A stretch of DNA of 64,000 nucleotides from a bacterium (GTDB lineage: Bacteria > Bacillota_I > Bacilli_A > RF39 > UBA660), in NCBI GenBank assembly GCA_022779465.1, contig JALFTB010000035.1, positions 382 to 64,381 on the forward strand, given 5' to 3'. Below, piece after piece: positions 21,559 through 31,375 of this stretch. The position numbers were made by a program, and so were the translations under genes. Under the pieces are notes generated by a model. The model had not been told where the DNA came from, searched no databases, and saw only the letters and a program-made list of their open reading frames with translations. Positions within the stretch are counted from its first letter, which is position 1; each line of letters begins with the position of its first letter.

Positions 21559-22554
21559 TTATTTTTTTCTAAATACAATTAATTTACTTATAATGTAATT
21601 AGCAATAACTATAATAAATTGAACAAGTATTTTAGCTATTAATTCATCTATTTTCATGAATTTTACCATTAAAACTATTAGTCCGGTATCTAATAATAAT
21701 GTTAATACTCTAGAACCTGTAAATGAGATGAATTCTTTAATTACGTTTTTATTTTTACTTCTAAAAACAAATAATCTGTTGGTGTAGTAAGCAAATAGTA
21801 CTGCACAAATCCAAGATAAGATATTCGATGTTATTAAATCTAAATCCATGGCTTTTGAGCATAAGCCAAATGAGACAATACTTACTAGAGTTGTTAAACC
21901 GCCAACTATTAAATAATTCCATAGTTCTTCATTTTTGTGATAAATGTCCCAACACCAATTCCATAATCTAACAATAAAAATAGGTTTATATGTTTTATAA
22001 TCATAAATTGTATTCTTCTTAATAAAATAACTTTTGTTGGCTAAGTCTAATAATGGTTTATCGTTTAAACTATCACTATACATTTCTTCAATAATAGCAT
22101 CTTTATATAATTCTTTAAATCTTTTTACTTTTTCTTCTTTATAATTATTTGGTTTATTAAAATGTCCAGTTTTTTTATCTACATCGGAAGCTATTAAATC
22201 TTTGACTTTTAATTCTTTACAAATTGGATTTAATAGAAATTCTGGTGATGCAGATATAATTATGTCATTCTTATGATCTTTAATCATGTAGAAGCTTTTT
22301 AGTTTTGTTTTATGCTCTTTCCAGAAGTTTTTTACTTCTTTATCAATATCATCAATATAGTTTACAAAAGAAAAAATATATTCTTTTAATTCAGTAACTG
22401 TTATTAACTTTAATTTATATTTTATAAATTTTAATCCGATTTTTGGTAACATCTTTTTAATTTTAGGATTCTTTTTAAGACAATATTTAAAAAAGTCTAC
22501 AGATGAATCGCCATCATAAATTGTGCCATCAAAATCATATAAATATAATTTCAT
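21559..22554 (-). CDS. Fusion protein: HAD-IB phosphatase domain plus GtrA-like 4-TM domain
   Basis: 331 aa. HAD motif I is DFDGT, motif II is ISASP and motif IV is DSLNDKPLL. A GtrA-family membrane domain follows (YLIVGGLTT...AYYTNRLFVFRS...IANYIISKLIVFRK). Confidence 0.7.
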   Translation of the reverse strand: MKLYLYDFDGTIYDGDSSVDFFKYCLKKNPKIKKMLPKIGLKFIKYKLKLITVTELKEYIFSFVNYIDDIDKEVKNFWKEHKTKLKSFYMIKDHKNDIIISASPEFLLNPICKELKVKDLIASDVDKKTGHFNKPNNYKEEKVKRFKELYKDAIIEEMYSDSLNDKPLLDLANKSYFIKKNTIYDYKTYKPIFIVRLWNWCWDIYHKNEELWNYLIVGGLTTLVSIVSFGLCSKAMDLDLITSNILSWICAVLFAYYTNRLFVFRSKNKNVIKEFISFTGSRVLTLLLDTGLIVLMVKFMKIDELIAKILVQFIIVIANYIISKLIVFRKK

Positions 22555-22626
22555 ACTTCATCACAATATTATTGTATCAAAAAAATCAGCTTTAATAAAT
22601 AGAAAGCAATCTATTTAAGTGCTGAT

Positions 22627-23673
22627 TTACTTGTCTTTTTTATTATGTTTAAATAATATGTCGGTTTTAAATATTAAAATTAAGGTTATTATTAATAATA
22701 TTGAATAAAGTAGGATGGCTAATTTGTTATCTCCTAGGGCATATAAGATTGATATTAAAGCACATAGTAAATTAAATGCATACATTATTAATACGGTCTT
22801 TTTGGTTGATTTATTTAATTTTAATAATTGATGATGTAAATGTTCTTTATCAGGTGCTCCAATGTTTTCTCCTTTAAGTAATCTTCTAAATATTGCTAGT
22901 ATAGTATCTAGGATTGGTAAAAATAAGATTAGGATAGGAATTATTAATGATGTTACTGTAGCTCCTTTATAGCCTAATAAAGCTGTAACAGATATCATAA
23001 ATCCTAAGAACATACTTCCAGTATCTCCCATAAATATAGAAGCTGGATTAAAGTTATAAGCTAGAAATCCTAGGGTTGATCCTAACATAATTACACATAA
23101 TATTACATCTAAACCATTTAGCCTATCTAAATAAAATGCTATAACTGAGATTGTTAAAAAGAATATTGAACTGGTTCCGGCTGCTAATCCATCTAAACCA
23201 TCAATTAAATTAACGGCATTTATTATTGATACAATAAGTAAGACTGCAAGTGGATAACCCCAAGCGCCAAAAACTATTTCTAAACCGAAAATACTAATCA
23301 TATCGATATAAATATGGCCATAGAATACGACAATACATGCGGCAATAGTTTGAACTAAGAATTTATATCTAGCTGGTACTGGTTTGATATCATCACAAAT
23401 TCCTAATACGATGATTATAAAACTACCAATTAAGATTGATATCATTTGCGTTGTAACTTGGCCAAAACACATATAACCAATTAAGAATGATAAGAATATG
23501 GCTAGGCCACCTAATCTAGGAATTGGTTTTTTATGAACTTTTCTTTCGTTTGGATAATCGATTGCGCCAATATGATGAGCAACTTTCTTTACAATTGGTA
23601 CTAATATCAAACTTGATATTAAGGTTGTTAATAGAATTAAAAATACATTATGACCATTAACTATATATGACAT
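22627..23673 (-). CDS. tagO: Polyprenyl-phosphate N-acetylhexosamine-1-phosphate transferase (WecA/TagO family)
   Basis: 348 aa polytopic protein. It carries the MraY/WecA motifs NLIDGLDGLA and FMGDTGSMFLGF. Confidence 0.85.
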   Translation of the reverse strand: MSYIVNGHNVFLILLTTLISSLILVPIVKKVAHHIGAIDYPNERKVHKKPIPRLGGLAIFLSFLIGYMCFGQVTTQMISILIGSFIIIVLGICDDIKPVPARYKFLVQTIAACIVVFYGHIYIDMISIFGLEIVFGAWGYPLAVLLIVSIINAVNLIDGLDGLAAGTSSIFFLTISVIAFYLDRLNGLDVILCVIMLGSTLGFLAYNFNPASIFMGDTGSMFLGFMISVTALLGYKGATVTSLIIPILILFLPILDTILAIFRRLLKGENIGAPDKEHLHHQLLKLNKSTKKTVLIMYAFNLLCALISILYALGDNKLAILLYSILLIITLILIFKTDILFKHNKKDK

Positions 23674-23711
23674 ATTATCACCTTCTTTAATTATTATAAC
23701 AAAATTTTAGT

Positions 23712-23741
23712 AAAAAAAATAGCAAACATAAGAGTTTGCTA
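23712..23741 (-). terminator. Rho-independent terminator
   Basis: Stem TAGCAAAC / GTTTGCTA followed by eight U on the minus strand. Confidence 0.65.
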
Positions 23742-24440
23742 ACATTTCCAACCTTTATTATGATCTAAATTGGCAATTTTTTGAATTGTATTTTTTTCTA
23801 AATTGATTTCAAATATTTCGACTACTTCTCCTTCTTTACCATTTGATTTTAATCCTTTGCATAAAGGAGTTCCATAATAAACTTTCTTTCCAGAAATAAG
23901 TGGTTTGGCATTACTATCGATATTTACATTTGATAAAAGAACTACATTGTTGTTTGTTACAACAGAAATAGCATTTTTTGATTCAAATAATATTCCTTTA
24001 TTATTAAGGCTATATGCATTAATATCATTATTTTCTTTAAGAGAAAGTAATTGTTTATCACCTACAGAGAAATTTACTTTATTATCAACTATTTCAACAT
24101 TAATAATTTTATTATAATAATCAAATTTACCATCATTACTATCCACATTAAATATTAATTTTGGTTCGATTATTTCTTTTAATTTTTTGTGTTTAACTTT
24201 ATCTTCTAGGTATGATTTTAATGTAGTTTGTGATGAATGTTCAATTTTGATTCCATTTACAATTTCAATAGATTCTTTGGATTTATCTTTTTGATTAGTA
24301 GAAATTTTTTTAATTAAAATTATTCCTACAATTAATAAGATAATAAATATAAATACACCCAGATATAATAATTTTTTATTCTTCATTTGGTACCTCTCTA
24401 TTATCTTAATAACTATATCTTTTATTTTGAAAAATGTCAA
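23739..24440 (-). CDS. Hypothetical membrane-anchored protein
   Basis: One TM segment (LLYLGVFIFIILLIVGIILI) followed by an Asn/Lys-rich extracytoplasmic domain. The real start is probably the internal MKNKK. I recognise no family. Confidence 0.4.
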   Translation of the reverse strand: MTFFKIKDIVIKIIERYQMKNKKLLYLGVFIFIILLIVGIILIKKISTNQKDKSKESIEIVNGIKIEHSSQTTLKSYLEDKVKHKKLKEIIEPKLIFNVDSNDGKFDYYNKIINVEIVDNKVNFSVGDKQLLSLKENNDINAYSLNNKGILFESKNAISVVTNNNVVLLSNVNIDSNAKPLISGKKVYYGTPLCKGLKSNGKEGEVVEIFEINLEKNTIQKIANLDHNKGWKC

Positions 24441-25153
24441 TATTTAACATTTCTTAAGTATAATCCATTTGGAGGAACAGTTATATAATTATGTTTTTTG
24501 CCTTCAAGCATTTCTTTGATATAAATTGGTGGCATTTTTTCTTCACCAACTGATATTAGAGCTCCTACCATATTTCTAACCATATATCTATAGAAGCTTT
24601 TACCTTCAAACCTTATTAATAAGATGTCTTTTCTTTTATAAAATTTTATTTTATATATAACACTATTATAATTTTCTCTTTCTCCTGAAACAAATTCTTT
24701 ATATGAATGAAATCCTAGGAGATATTTTGATGCTTGTCTCATCTTTCTAATATTTAATTTATGACAATAATTATAGATGTAGTCATTATCTATTGGATCG
24801 TATTCTCCTAAATTTATAACATATTCATAATACTTCTTTTTTACATCAAAACGAGCGTGAAAATTATCATTTACTTCAATAACTGAGTTAACGTATATTG
24901 CTGGATCAATTAATGAATTTAAGGCTTCTTTTATATGATCTGTGGGGATATTAACATTTAAATCGAATGATATATATTGATTAAAAGCATGAACTCCTCG
25001 ATCAGTTCTTCCTGATCCTTTAATATATACTATAGTTTTATTAATTTTAGTTAGGGCTTTTTCTAATTCACTTTGAACTGTTTTATGATTTTTTAATTTT
25101 TGAAAGCCATAAAATTTACTTCCATCATAACTGATACTTGCTAAATATCTCAT
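24437..25153 (-). CDS. truA: tRNA pseudouridine(38-40) synthase
   Basis: 238 aa. YDGSKFYGFQ and GSGRTDRGVHA catalytic motif. Confidence 0.93.
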   Translation of the reverse strand: MRYLASISYDGSKFYGFQKLKNHKTVQSELEKALTKINKTIVYIKGSGRTDRGVHAFNQYISFDLNVNIPTDHIKEALNSLIDPAIYVNSVIEVNDNFHARFDVKKKYYEYVINLGEYDPIDNDYIYNYCHKLNIRKMRQASKYLLGFHSYKEFVSGERENYNSVIYKIKFYKRKDILLIRFEGKSFYRYMVRNMVGALISVGEEKMPPIYIKEMLEGKKHNYITVPPNGLYLRNVKY

Positions 25154-25770
25154 TAAAAGACACTCCTATAAATTCCTTTTAATAATTCCTTGTTATCTAA
25201 GGTATATTCTAAATTAGCACCTTTTTCATTTGCCATATCAATGAATGTAATAATTGGAGGTTTATCTATGAAACCTTGTTTAATTGCGGTAAGAATATCA
25301 CCTTGATATTTAATAACTTTATTTTTAGATATTATAATATGTTTGGTAGTTTTATTAATAAAATTAATATCGTTAGATATTATTATAAAATTTGTTTTAT
25401 GTTCAGCATTGACCGTTTTAATTAGTTTAGATATTTTAGATTTAATTTTACTATTAAAGCCTAAATCAAAATTATTTAAGATTATAACTTCTGGTTCTAG
25501 AGAGATTGTATAAAGTAATAACGCTAATTTATATTCTCCGTAACTTAAATCATTAGTTTTTTTCTTTAATAAATCGGCGGTTATATTTAGAATTTGATTA
25601 TACATTTTATTCTTAGGGATGTATCTACTTACTTTTGAATTTTTCTTTATTGTAGGAATTTTAATTTCATCTAGTAAAACTGTTAGGTCTTTGATTTCAC
25701 CATAAAAGCCAATAAAATTTTTACTGGAAAAGTAGTTTGTACTAGCTTTTTTTACATACATTATTTCCAT
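25153..25770 (-). CDS. Degenerate EcfA2-like ABC ATPase domain protein with no Walker A
   Basis: 205 aa. Signature-like LSYGEYK is present. Walker B is degenerate (VIILNNFDLG). No GxxGxGK[ST] is present. The C-terminal PPIITFIDMANEKG resembles the EcfA C-terminal helix motif. It lies upstream of truA, where ecfA2 normally sits. Confidence 0.55.
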   Translation of the reverse strand: MEIMYVKKASTNYFSSKNFIGFYGEIKDLTVLLDEIKIPTIKKNSKVSRYIPKNKMYNQILNITADLLKKKTNDLSYGEYKLALLLYTISLEPEVIILNNFDLGFNSKIKSKISKLIKTVNAEHKTNFIIISNDINFINKTTKHIIISKNKVIKYQGDILTAIKQGFIDKPPIITFIDMANEKGANLEYTLDNKELLKGIYRSVF

Positions 25771-26507
25771 AATTCACCTACTAATGCTTTCATATCAAAA
25801 TATTTTTCCTTTAGTAAATCATAGTAATTTAAATTGGTACTCATTTCAACAATAAAAGGAAGATGCATTCCTATTTTAGATAAATATTTATCGTCTGATA
25901 AGATAATATCTGATGGTTCATATGCAACAACATGATTGTTATCTAAGATAATAATATCTGTTCCATATAATAATTCTTCTGGATTAGTTGTAACATTTAA
26001 TATACAAATTTTATTATTTTTAGCATATTTTATTATTTTTAATTTTTGACTTGTAGTTAAGTATGTTAACATATCATCAATACCTAAAATACTTGGATTA
26101 ATTATTAATAAAGATAAAATTTTAATAAATGCTTTTTCGTAAATTGTTAAATATTCAATTTTTGATTCTAGTAATTCTTCAATATCAAAAAATTTAGAAA
26201 ATCTCTCAATGTTTTTATAAGCTACTTCTGGTGTTATATTTAATACATTTTGATAATATAATAATTCCTCTTTAACATAATTTGTTTTAAAATCAAAGTT
26301 ATTTAAAACAGCTGCGATGTTCTTTCTTAAAAATTCAATATCTAAGTTACTTACTGGTGTATCATCTATCATTATATTGGAAGAATGAGTTTGATTTATT
26401 AATGTTTTTAAAATAAGTGTCTTTCCACTACTCATTGTTCCGATTATGTTGATAAATGGTGTTAATTTAATTTCTAAATCATAATCTTTGAAATATATTT
26501 TTTTCAT
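25761..26507 (-). CDS. Degenerate EcfA1-like ABC ATPase domain protein (Walker A retained, signature lost)
   Basis: 248 aa. Walker A is GTMSSGKT. The signature is replaced by LTIYEK. Walker B is ILGIDD, with Asp instead of the catalytic Glu. There is no H-loop His. The C-terminal GMHLPFIVEMSTNL resembles the EcfA tail. Confidence 0.6.
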   Translation of the reverse strand: MKKIYFKDYDLEIKLTPFINIIGTMSSGKTLILKTLINQTHSSNIMIDDTPVSNLDIEFLRKNIAAVLNNFDFKTNYVKEELLYYQNVLNITPEVAYKNIERFSKFFDIEELLESKIEYLTIYEKAFIKILSLLIINPSILGIDDMLTYLTTSQKLKIIKYAKNNKICILNVTTNPEELLYGTDIIILDNNHVVAYEPSDIILSDDKYLSKIGMHLPFIVEMSTNLNYYDLLKEKYFDMKALVGELWK

Positions 26508-26558
26508 GTTATCACCCCTGCAATTTAATTATATCACATAAAAAAGCATAATAAAAAT

Positions 26559-27770
26559 TTATTGTGCTTTTGTCATTTCAAATAATGCGGTTTGTAGTTG
26601 ATTGTCTTTTTCAGGAACGCGATCATTCATATATTCTTCTGATAGATTTACTTCAATGTCAGGAGTTAAACCAACTTCATCAATACAATTACCTTTTGGA
26701 GTTAACCATTTGGCAGAAGTGTATTTGTACATGGTTCCATCGCTTAAGGTTGATGTTTTTTGAACTTTACCTTTTCCATATGATTTTACACCAACTAATG
26801 TTGCTCCGTAACTATATTTTAAGGCAGATGCAAGAACTTCTGATGCAGATGCAGAACCATTATTAATTAGCACATATACTTTATAATTACGACTTTCTTC
26901 TGTATCATCTACAGTGTCTTCTTTAGTTAATTTATTTTGTAGTGAATAGATTAGTTTTCCTTTTTGTAAGAACATTTTAGCAATATTAGTTGCGTCTGAT
27001 AGGTATCCACCAGTGTTATTTCTTACATCAATAATTAAACTATTTATTTGTTTTGTTTCAAGATTAGTTAATTCTTTTTTAAATTGTTCGTATGTTGTGT
27101 CAGAAAATTTATTTATTTTAATATATCCTACTTTTTGATTATTATATTCTTTGATTTCGGCTGAGATTGAAGGTACATATAATGAAGCTTTTTCTAAATC
27201 AAAAGATAATATTTTGGAATTTCTGTTAACTTCAATTTTTATTTTTTTACTTTTTTGAATTTCAGATACTGCATCGTTTGATGTTTTGTTAGCCATATCT
27301 ATATCATTTATTTTAGTTATTATATCACCTGGATGAACTCCGGCTTTTTGGGCTGGTGAATCATCAAATACATTAACTATATTTATTTTGCCAGTATCGG
27401 TTGTTGTTACTTCTATTCCAACTCCTTCATATGAACCATTTAATGAGTCATTTAAAATTGTTGTACTATTTTCATTTAAATAAGTTGTATATGGATCTCC
27501 TAGGTAACTTAACATACCACTTATTGCAGCTTCGACTAGTTTGTTTTCATCAATGTCATCATAGTAGTTTTCTAAAATACTTTTGTATGATTTTTCGAAT
27601 TCTGCTAAATATTTTGAATCATTTGAACTGAAGCAATTATCTTTTTTATTATTGTATACTACGCAGCCTGTACTAACACCCATTATTATTGATGCAACAA
27701 GGGTAATAACAATTACTTCCCATAATTCAAATGTTGGTTTTTTGCTTTTAGTTTTTCTTTTATCCTTCAT
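26559..27770 (-). CDS. ctpA: Carboxy-terminal processing protease (S41) with a PDZ domain
   Basis: 403 aa. It has an N-terminal TM anchor and a PDZ domain (GVHPGDIITKIND). The S41 catalytic region is NNGSASASE ... SYGKG. Confidence 0.9.
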   Translation of the reverse strand: MKDKRKTKSKKPTFELWEVIVITLVASIIMGVSTGCVVYNNKKDNCFSSNDSKYLAEFEKSYKSILENYYDDIDENKLVEAAISGMLSYLGDPYTTYLNENSTTILNDSLNGSYEGVGIEVTTTDTGKINIVNVFDDSPAQKAGVHPGDIITKINDIDMANKTSNDAVSEIQKSKKIKIEVNRNSKILSFDLEKASLYVPSISAEIKEYNNQKVGYIKINKFSDTTYEQFKKELTNLETKQINSLIIDVRNNTGGYLSDATNIAKMFLQKGKLIYSLQNKLTKEDTVDDTEESRNYKVYVLINNGSASASEVLASALKYSYGATLVGVKSYGKGKVQKTSTLSDGTMYKYTSAKWLTPKGNCIDEVGLTPDIEVNLSEEYMNDRVPEKDNQLQTALFEMTKAQ

Positions 27771-27827
27771 ATTATCATCTCATTTTAATAATAACATAAA
27801 AACAAATTTTACAAAATAAAAAAAGTG

Positions 27828-28319
27828 TTAATTTAACACTTTTTCATAATCTGTTACACTTTCATAATATTTAGACACTTTTCCATTTTTAATTAATACT
27901 AGAGCAGAATCTTTTACTTGTACTTCACTTGCTTTTGTTGGTTTTTTATTTGACTTATCACTTACGTAAGGACTATTGAATTTTGTACTTAAATCAACAA
28001 AATATATTTTTTTAGCATTCTCTTTCTTTTCATAATTAGAAATTAAAGATTGATATTGTGATGCACTTGATGATGTTGAATCGTATAAGAATACGTAGTA
28101 TTCATCATAAGGTCTATTAAACATAGTTCCTACAGTGCATTCTGTATAATCAAATTCTACTGTTGATGTATCTTTATTTTTCTTTGATAAAATTGTATCT
28201 GTTAGAAAATAAAGACCAACAGCTAAAGCAATTAAGATTACAGCTATAATTATTAAATTTCTAATTTCTTTTGTGTCTTCACTATCATATCTTTGTGTTT
28301 TTAATCTTTTTTGTTTCAT
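27828..28319 (-). CDS. Hypothetical membrane-anchored protein
   Basis: 163 aa with one TM segment (LIIIAVILIALAVGLYF). I recognise no motif. Confidence 0.4.
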   Translation of the reverse strand: MKQKRLKTQRYDSEDTKEIRNLIIIAVILIALAVGLYFLTDTILSKKNKDTSTVEFDYTECTVGTMFNRPYDEYYVFLYDSTSSSASQYQSLISNYEKKENAKKIYFVDLSTKFNSPYVSDKSNKKPTKASEVQVKDSALVLIKNGKVSKYYESVTDYEKVLN

Positions 28320-28444
28320 TTTCCCACCTAGTTATTATTTTAACACATATATTTAAATTTTCAAAACAAAAAGAAATAGTAGTTAAACTATTTCTCAAAT
28401 ATTACTCCACAATATCGTTAGTTCGACAAAACTAGATTGAGATC

Positions 28445-28489
28445 GTGAAAAAATAACATGTACTAAGTAATACTCGTGTACATGTTATT
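28445..28489 (-). terminator. Rho-independent terminator after the yihY-like gene
   Basis: Perfect 12-bp stem AATAACATGTAC / GTACATGTTATT with a 14-nt loop and a U-run on the minus strand. Confidence 0.75.
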
Positions 28490-28497
28490 ATTATGCT

Positions 28498-29358
28498 TTA
28501 TTCTTCAATATTTATAGAACCTGTTTTTTCCAATTCTTCTTTTTCAACTCTAGTTGTTAAGCTTAATCCGATTACAAAAATAAAACTTAGGAAATATATC
28601 CATAACATTAATACTGCTATATTTGATAAGCCTGCATAGAAGATGTCATATCTAGCAAAATGAGATGCATAATATCCATATATTTCTGTTGTTAAAATCC
28701 ATCCAACTGTTGTAAATATGGCACCAAAATTAATTTGTGATGCAGGAATGTGTTTGTCAGGGGCGATAGTAAATATAGTTTTTATAAACGCAAAGATAAT
28801 TAACCAAGATATGGGTCCTTGAATAATTTTTAAAATGCTCGTTATGATATTTTTTAAGTTAAAGTAATCAAATGTATCTACTATTTTTTCACCAAGAAGT
28901 GGAACAATAAGTACAAACAGATATAAAACTATTATAAGAAAGGTTAATCCAATAGCTTTGATTCTTCTTTTTAGCCATGTACTTTGTTTCATTCCATATA
29001 TTTCATTGGCTGTAATAATAATAGAATCAGCACTATTTGATGCAAAATATAACATAATTATTATCATACAAATATAATTAAAATCTAAAGATTTACCACT
29101 AATAATTGGAACTATTAGTTTTACTATACTTTGATCAAAATTTGCTTTTAAAAATTCTATGATTGTATCTATTGATATGTTAAAGAATGAGGCTCCATAA
29201 CCAATTATTGTTATGATTGGAACTAGGGATAATACTAAGAAAAAGGCCAGTTGTCCTGGCAAAATTGCCATTTCTGGTCTATTTAATATTTCCCAAACTT
29301 TTTTTATGAATGCTTTAGCACGATTAATTTGTTTACTAAAGGATTTCTTTTTCTTCAT
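28498..29358 (-). CDS. YihY/BrkB family membrane protein
   Basis: 286 aa polytopic protein. The N-terminus (MAILPGQLAFFLVLSLVPI) is typical of the YihY family. Confidence 0.8.
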   Translation of the reverse strand: MKKKKSFSKQINRAKAFIKKVWEILNRPEMAILPGQLAFFLVLSLVPIITIIGYGASFFNISIDTIIEFLKANFDQSIVKLIVPIISGKSLDFNYICMIIIMLYFASNSADSIIITANEIYGMKQSTWLKRRIKAIGLTFLIIVLYLFVLIVPLLGEKIVDTFDYFNLKNIITSILKIIQGPISWLIIFAFIKTIFTIAPDKHIPASQINFGAIFTTVGWILTTEIYGYYASHFARYDIFYAGLSNIAVLMLWIYFLSFIFVIGLSLTTRVEKEELEKTGSINIEE

Positions 29359-31375
29359 TTGATTCAGCCTCTATCTCTTTATTCTCTCTCATTTGAATTG
29401 TTGCTTCATTAATTGCATCGTCTATCAATTTCAAATCATCTACTATCATACTAAAACCAAATGCAGCACCATATTCATATGGTAAATCATTAAATTCTTT
29501 AACTAATTTCTTTAAATAATTAATTACTTGTTTTTCTTGATATCCAACTAAATATATCATGAATTCATTACCATCAGTTCTCATAATTTCAGTATTATCT
29601 AATTGGGTTTGGTGAAGAATATTAGCAGCAGCCATAATTTGTTTGTCGCCTTCTTCATGACCAAATGTATCATTTAAATACTTAATATTATTTAAATCGA
29701 TAACTATGATTGCTTGAGGATAAATAGTGTTTTGATTCCAGATATCCATTCTCTCATTTAAGTAATTTCGATTTTTTAATGATGTTAACATATCAACATA
29801 TTTTAACTTTTCGTCTTTTCTGATTTTTGAGTTCATTTTAATATGTTTCTTTGAATAGATTACAATTCCAATTACAGCAACTGAGAATGTGATAATAATT
29901 AAAGCATATTTAGCAATTGTACTTGCAGTATTACCATTTGTTTCTGCTTGTTCATAAGATAAAAGACCACTTCTTAACATATCACTGCTACTTAATCTAT
30001 TAATATAAGATTTAAATAGTTTATAGAATGTATCAGTATTATTAACATATTTAAATGTATAATTATCAGTTGTATATCCAGTATAACTTACATAGTAATT
30101 ATCTATTTTTTTATTTTGATAATATTCATATGTTGAAGCATCTAAAGCAATTAGTGAACCTTTTTTTACTTGTTTAAGTAGATTTTTTTCACTTGTTACT
30201 TCTTCTAAGTTAATATTATTTTTTGTTTTTAAATATTTTGATAATTCACTATTTTCAATTACATAAATAGTTTCATTTGATATTTCACTTAAATCATTAT
30301 ATAAATGGTTACCTTTTAAAGGACTAATTATATAAAATTTTTCATTTATGTTTGTTTTAATGAAATGATTACCTGATGTTAGTGATGTATCGTTAAAGAT
30401 TAAATCAACTTTATTATTATTGAAAGCTTTGATTAAAGCATTATAGTTTTTATATTTGTTATATTTAAATTCAACTTTACTAAATTTACTAAAGTCTTTT
30501 AAATATTCGATTATCATTCCACCATATTTTGAACTACTTAAAGTTTGATATGGGGTACTGTTTACAAATCCAAAGGTATAAACTTTATTTGTTAAAGTAT
30601 CGGTTTCTAATTCAGTAAGTCCTAATTTTTCAACATATAGATTATATAGATTTGTATAATAACTTGTTTCTAAATTTTCTTTAGACCAAATATTATAGAA
30701 TTTTTTAACAATTGAATTAAATTTTTCGTTATCTCCTAGTTTAATATAATAATTTAATACTAGGTTGTCTAAATGATAAATTATATTGTAATTATTAGTT
30801 ATAATCTCATCTAAATATTCATTAAGTGGAATTATCATATAATTAATATTTTTGTTAGTCATGGCTGCTAATAATTTATCTTTTGTTTCATAAGTACTAA
30901 ATGTTATTGATGTTTTATAACTTGAATTAACTCTTGAAATGCCATCAGCCAAGCCACCAATTGTTTTACCATTTAAATCAGTTATTGATGTTACAACTTC
31001 ATAGTCTCTTCCTATAATTACATAGTGATCTTGATAAAATAATAAGTCATTATCAGTTATGTCTTTTGTAACAGCAAAACCAATACCAGTTCCACCACTA
31101 ATTGGAGTTATTTTTTTATCTACATTTATATCATATTTATTGCTTAATTCATCTAGATAATCATAGAATACACCTTTACCATCTTTACCAAATACATTAA
31201 GGTCTGATGGTACATTAAAGGAAACGATATTTGATTTATTATCATTTATCCATTCTTTTTCAGAAATATTTAATTTATTAGCATCATAAAAATAATTGTA
31301 ATAAACAAATATACCTATAATTGCAGCAACTACAAGCGATATAATTGTTATAATTAATTTCTTTTTTCGTTTCAT
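29336..31375 (-). CDS. Membrane sensor with two extracytoplasmic solute-binding-like domains and a degenerate GGDEF domain
   Basis: 679 aa: an N-terminal TM segment, a large extracytoplasmic region, a second TM segment, then a GGDEF-fold domain (DMLTSLKNRNYL...FGHEEGD...). The signature reads DGNEF instead of GG[DE]EF. Confidence 0.75.
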   Translation of the reverse strand: MKRKKKLIITIISLVVAAIIGIFVYYNYFYDANKLNISEKEWINDNKSNIVSFNVPSDLNVFGKDGKGVFYDYLDELSNKYDINVDKKITPISGGTGIGFAVTKDITDNDLLFYQDHYVIIGRDYEVVTSITDLNGKTIGGLADGISRVNSSYKTSITFSTYETKDKLLAAMTNKNINYMIIPLNEYLDEIITNNYNIIYHLDNLVLNYYIKLGDNEKFNSIVKKFYNIWSKENLETSYYTNLYNLYVEKLGLTELETDTLTNKVYTFGFVNSTPYQTLSSSKYGGMIIEYLKDFSKFSKVEFKYNKYKNYNALIKAFNNNKVDLIFNDTSLTSGNHFIKTNINEKFYIISPLKGNHLYNDLSEISNETIYVIENSELSKYLKTKNNINLEEVTSEKNLLKQVKKGSLIALDASTYEYYQNKKIDNYYVSYTGYTTDNYTFKYVNNTDTFYKLFKSYINRLSSSDMLRSGLLSYEQAETNGNTASTIAKYALIIITFSVAVIGIVIYSKKHIKMNSKIRKDEKLKYVDMLTSLKNRNYLNERMDIWNQNTIYPQAIIVIDLNNIKYLNDTFGHEEGDKQIMAAANILHQTQLDNTEIMRTDGNEFMIYLVGYQEKQVINYLKKLVKEFNDLPYEYGAAFGFSMIVDDLKLIDDAINEATIQMRENKEIEAESNEEKEIL

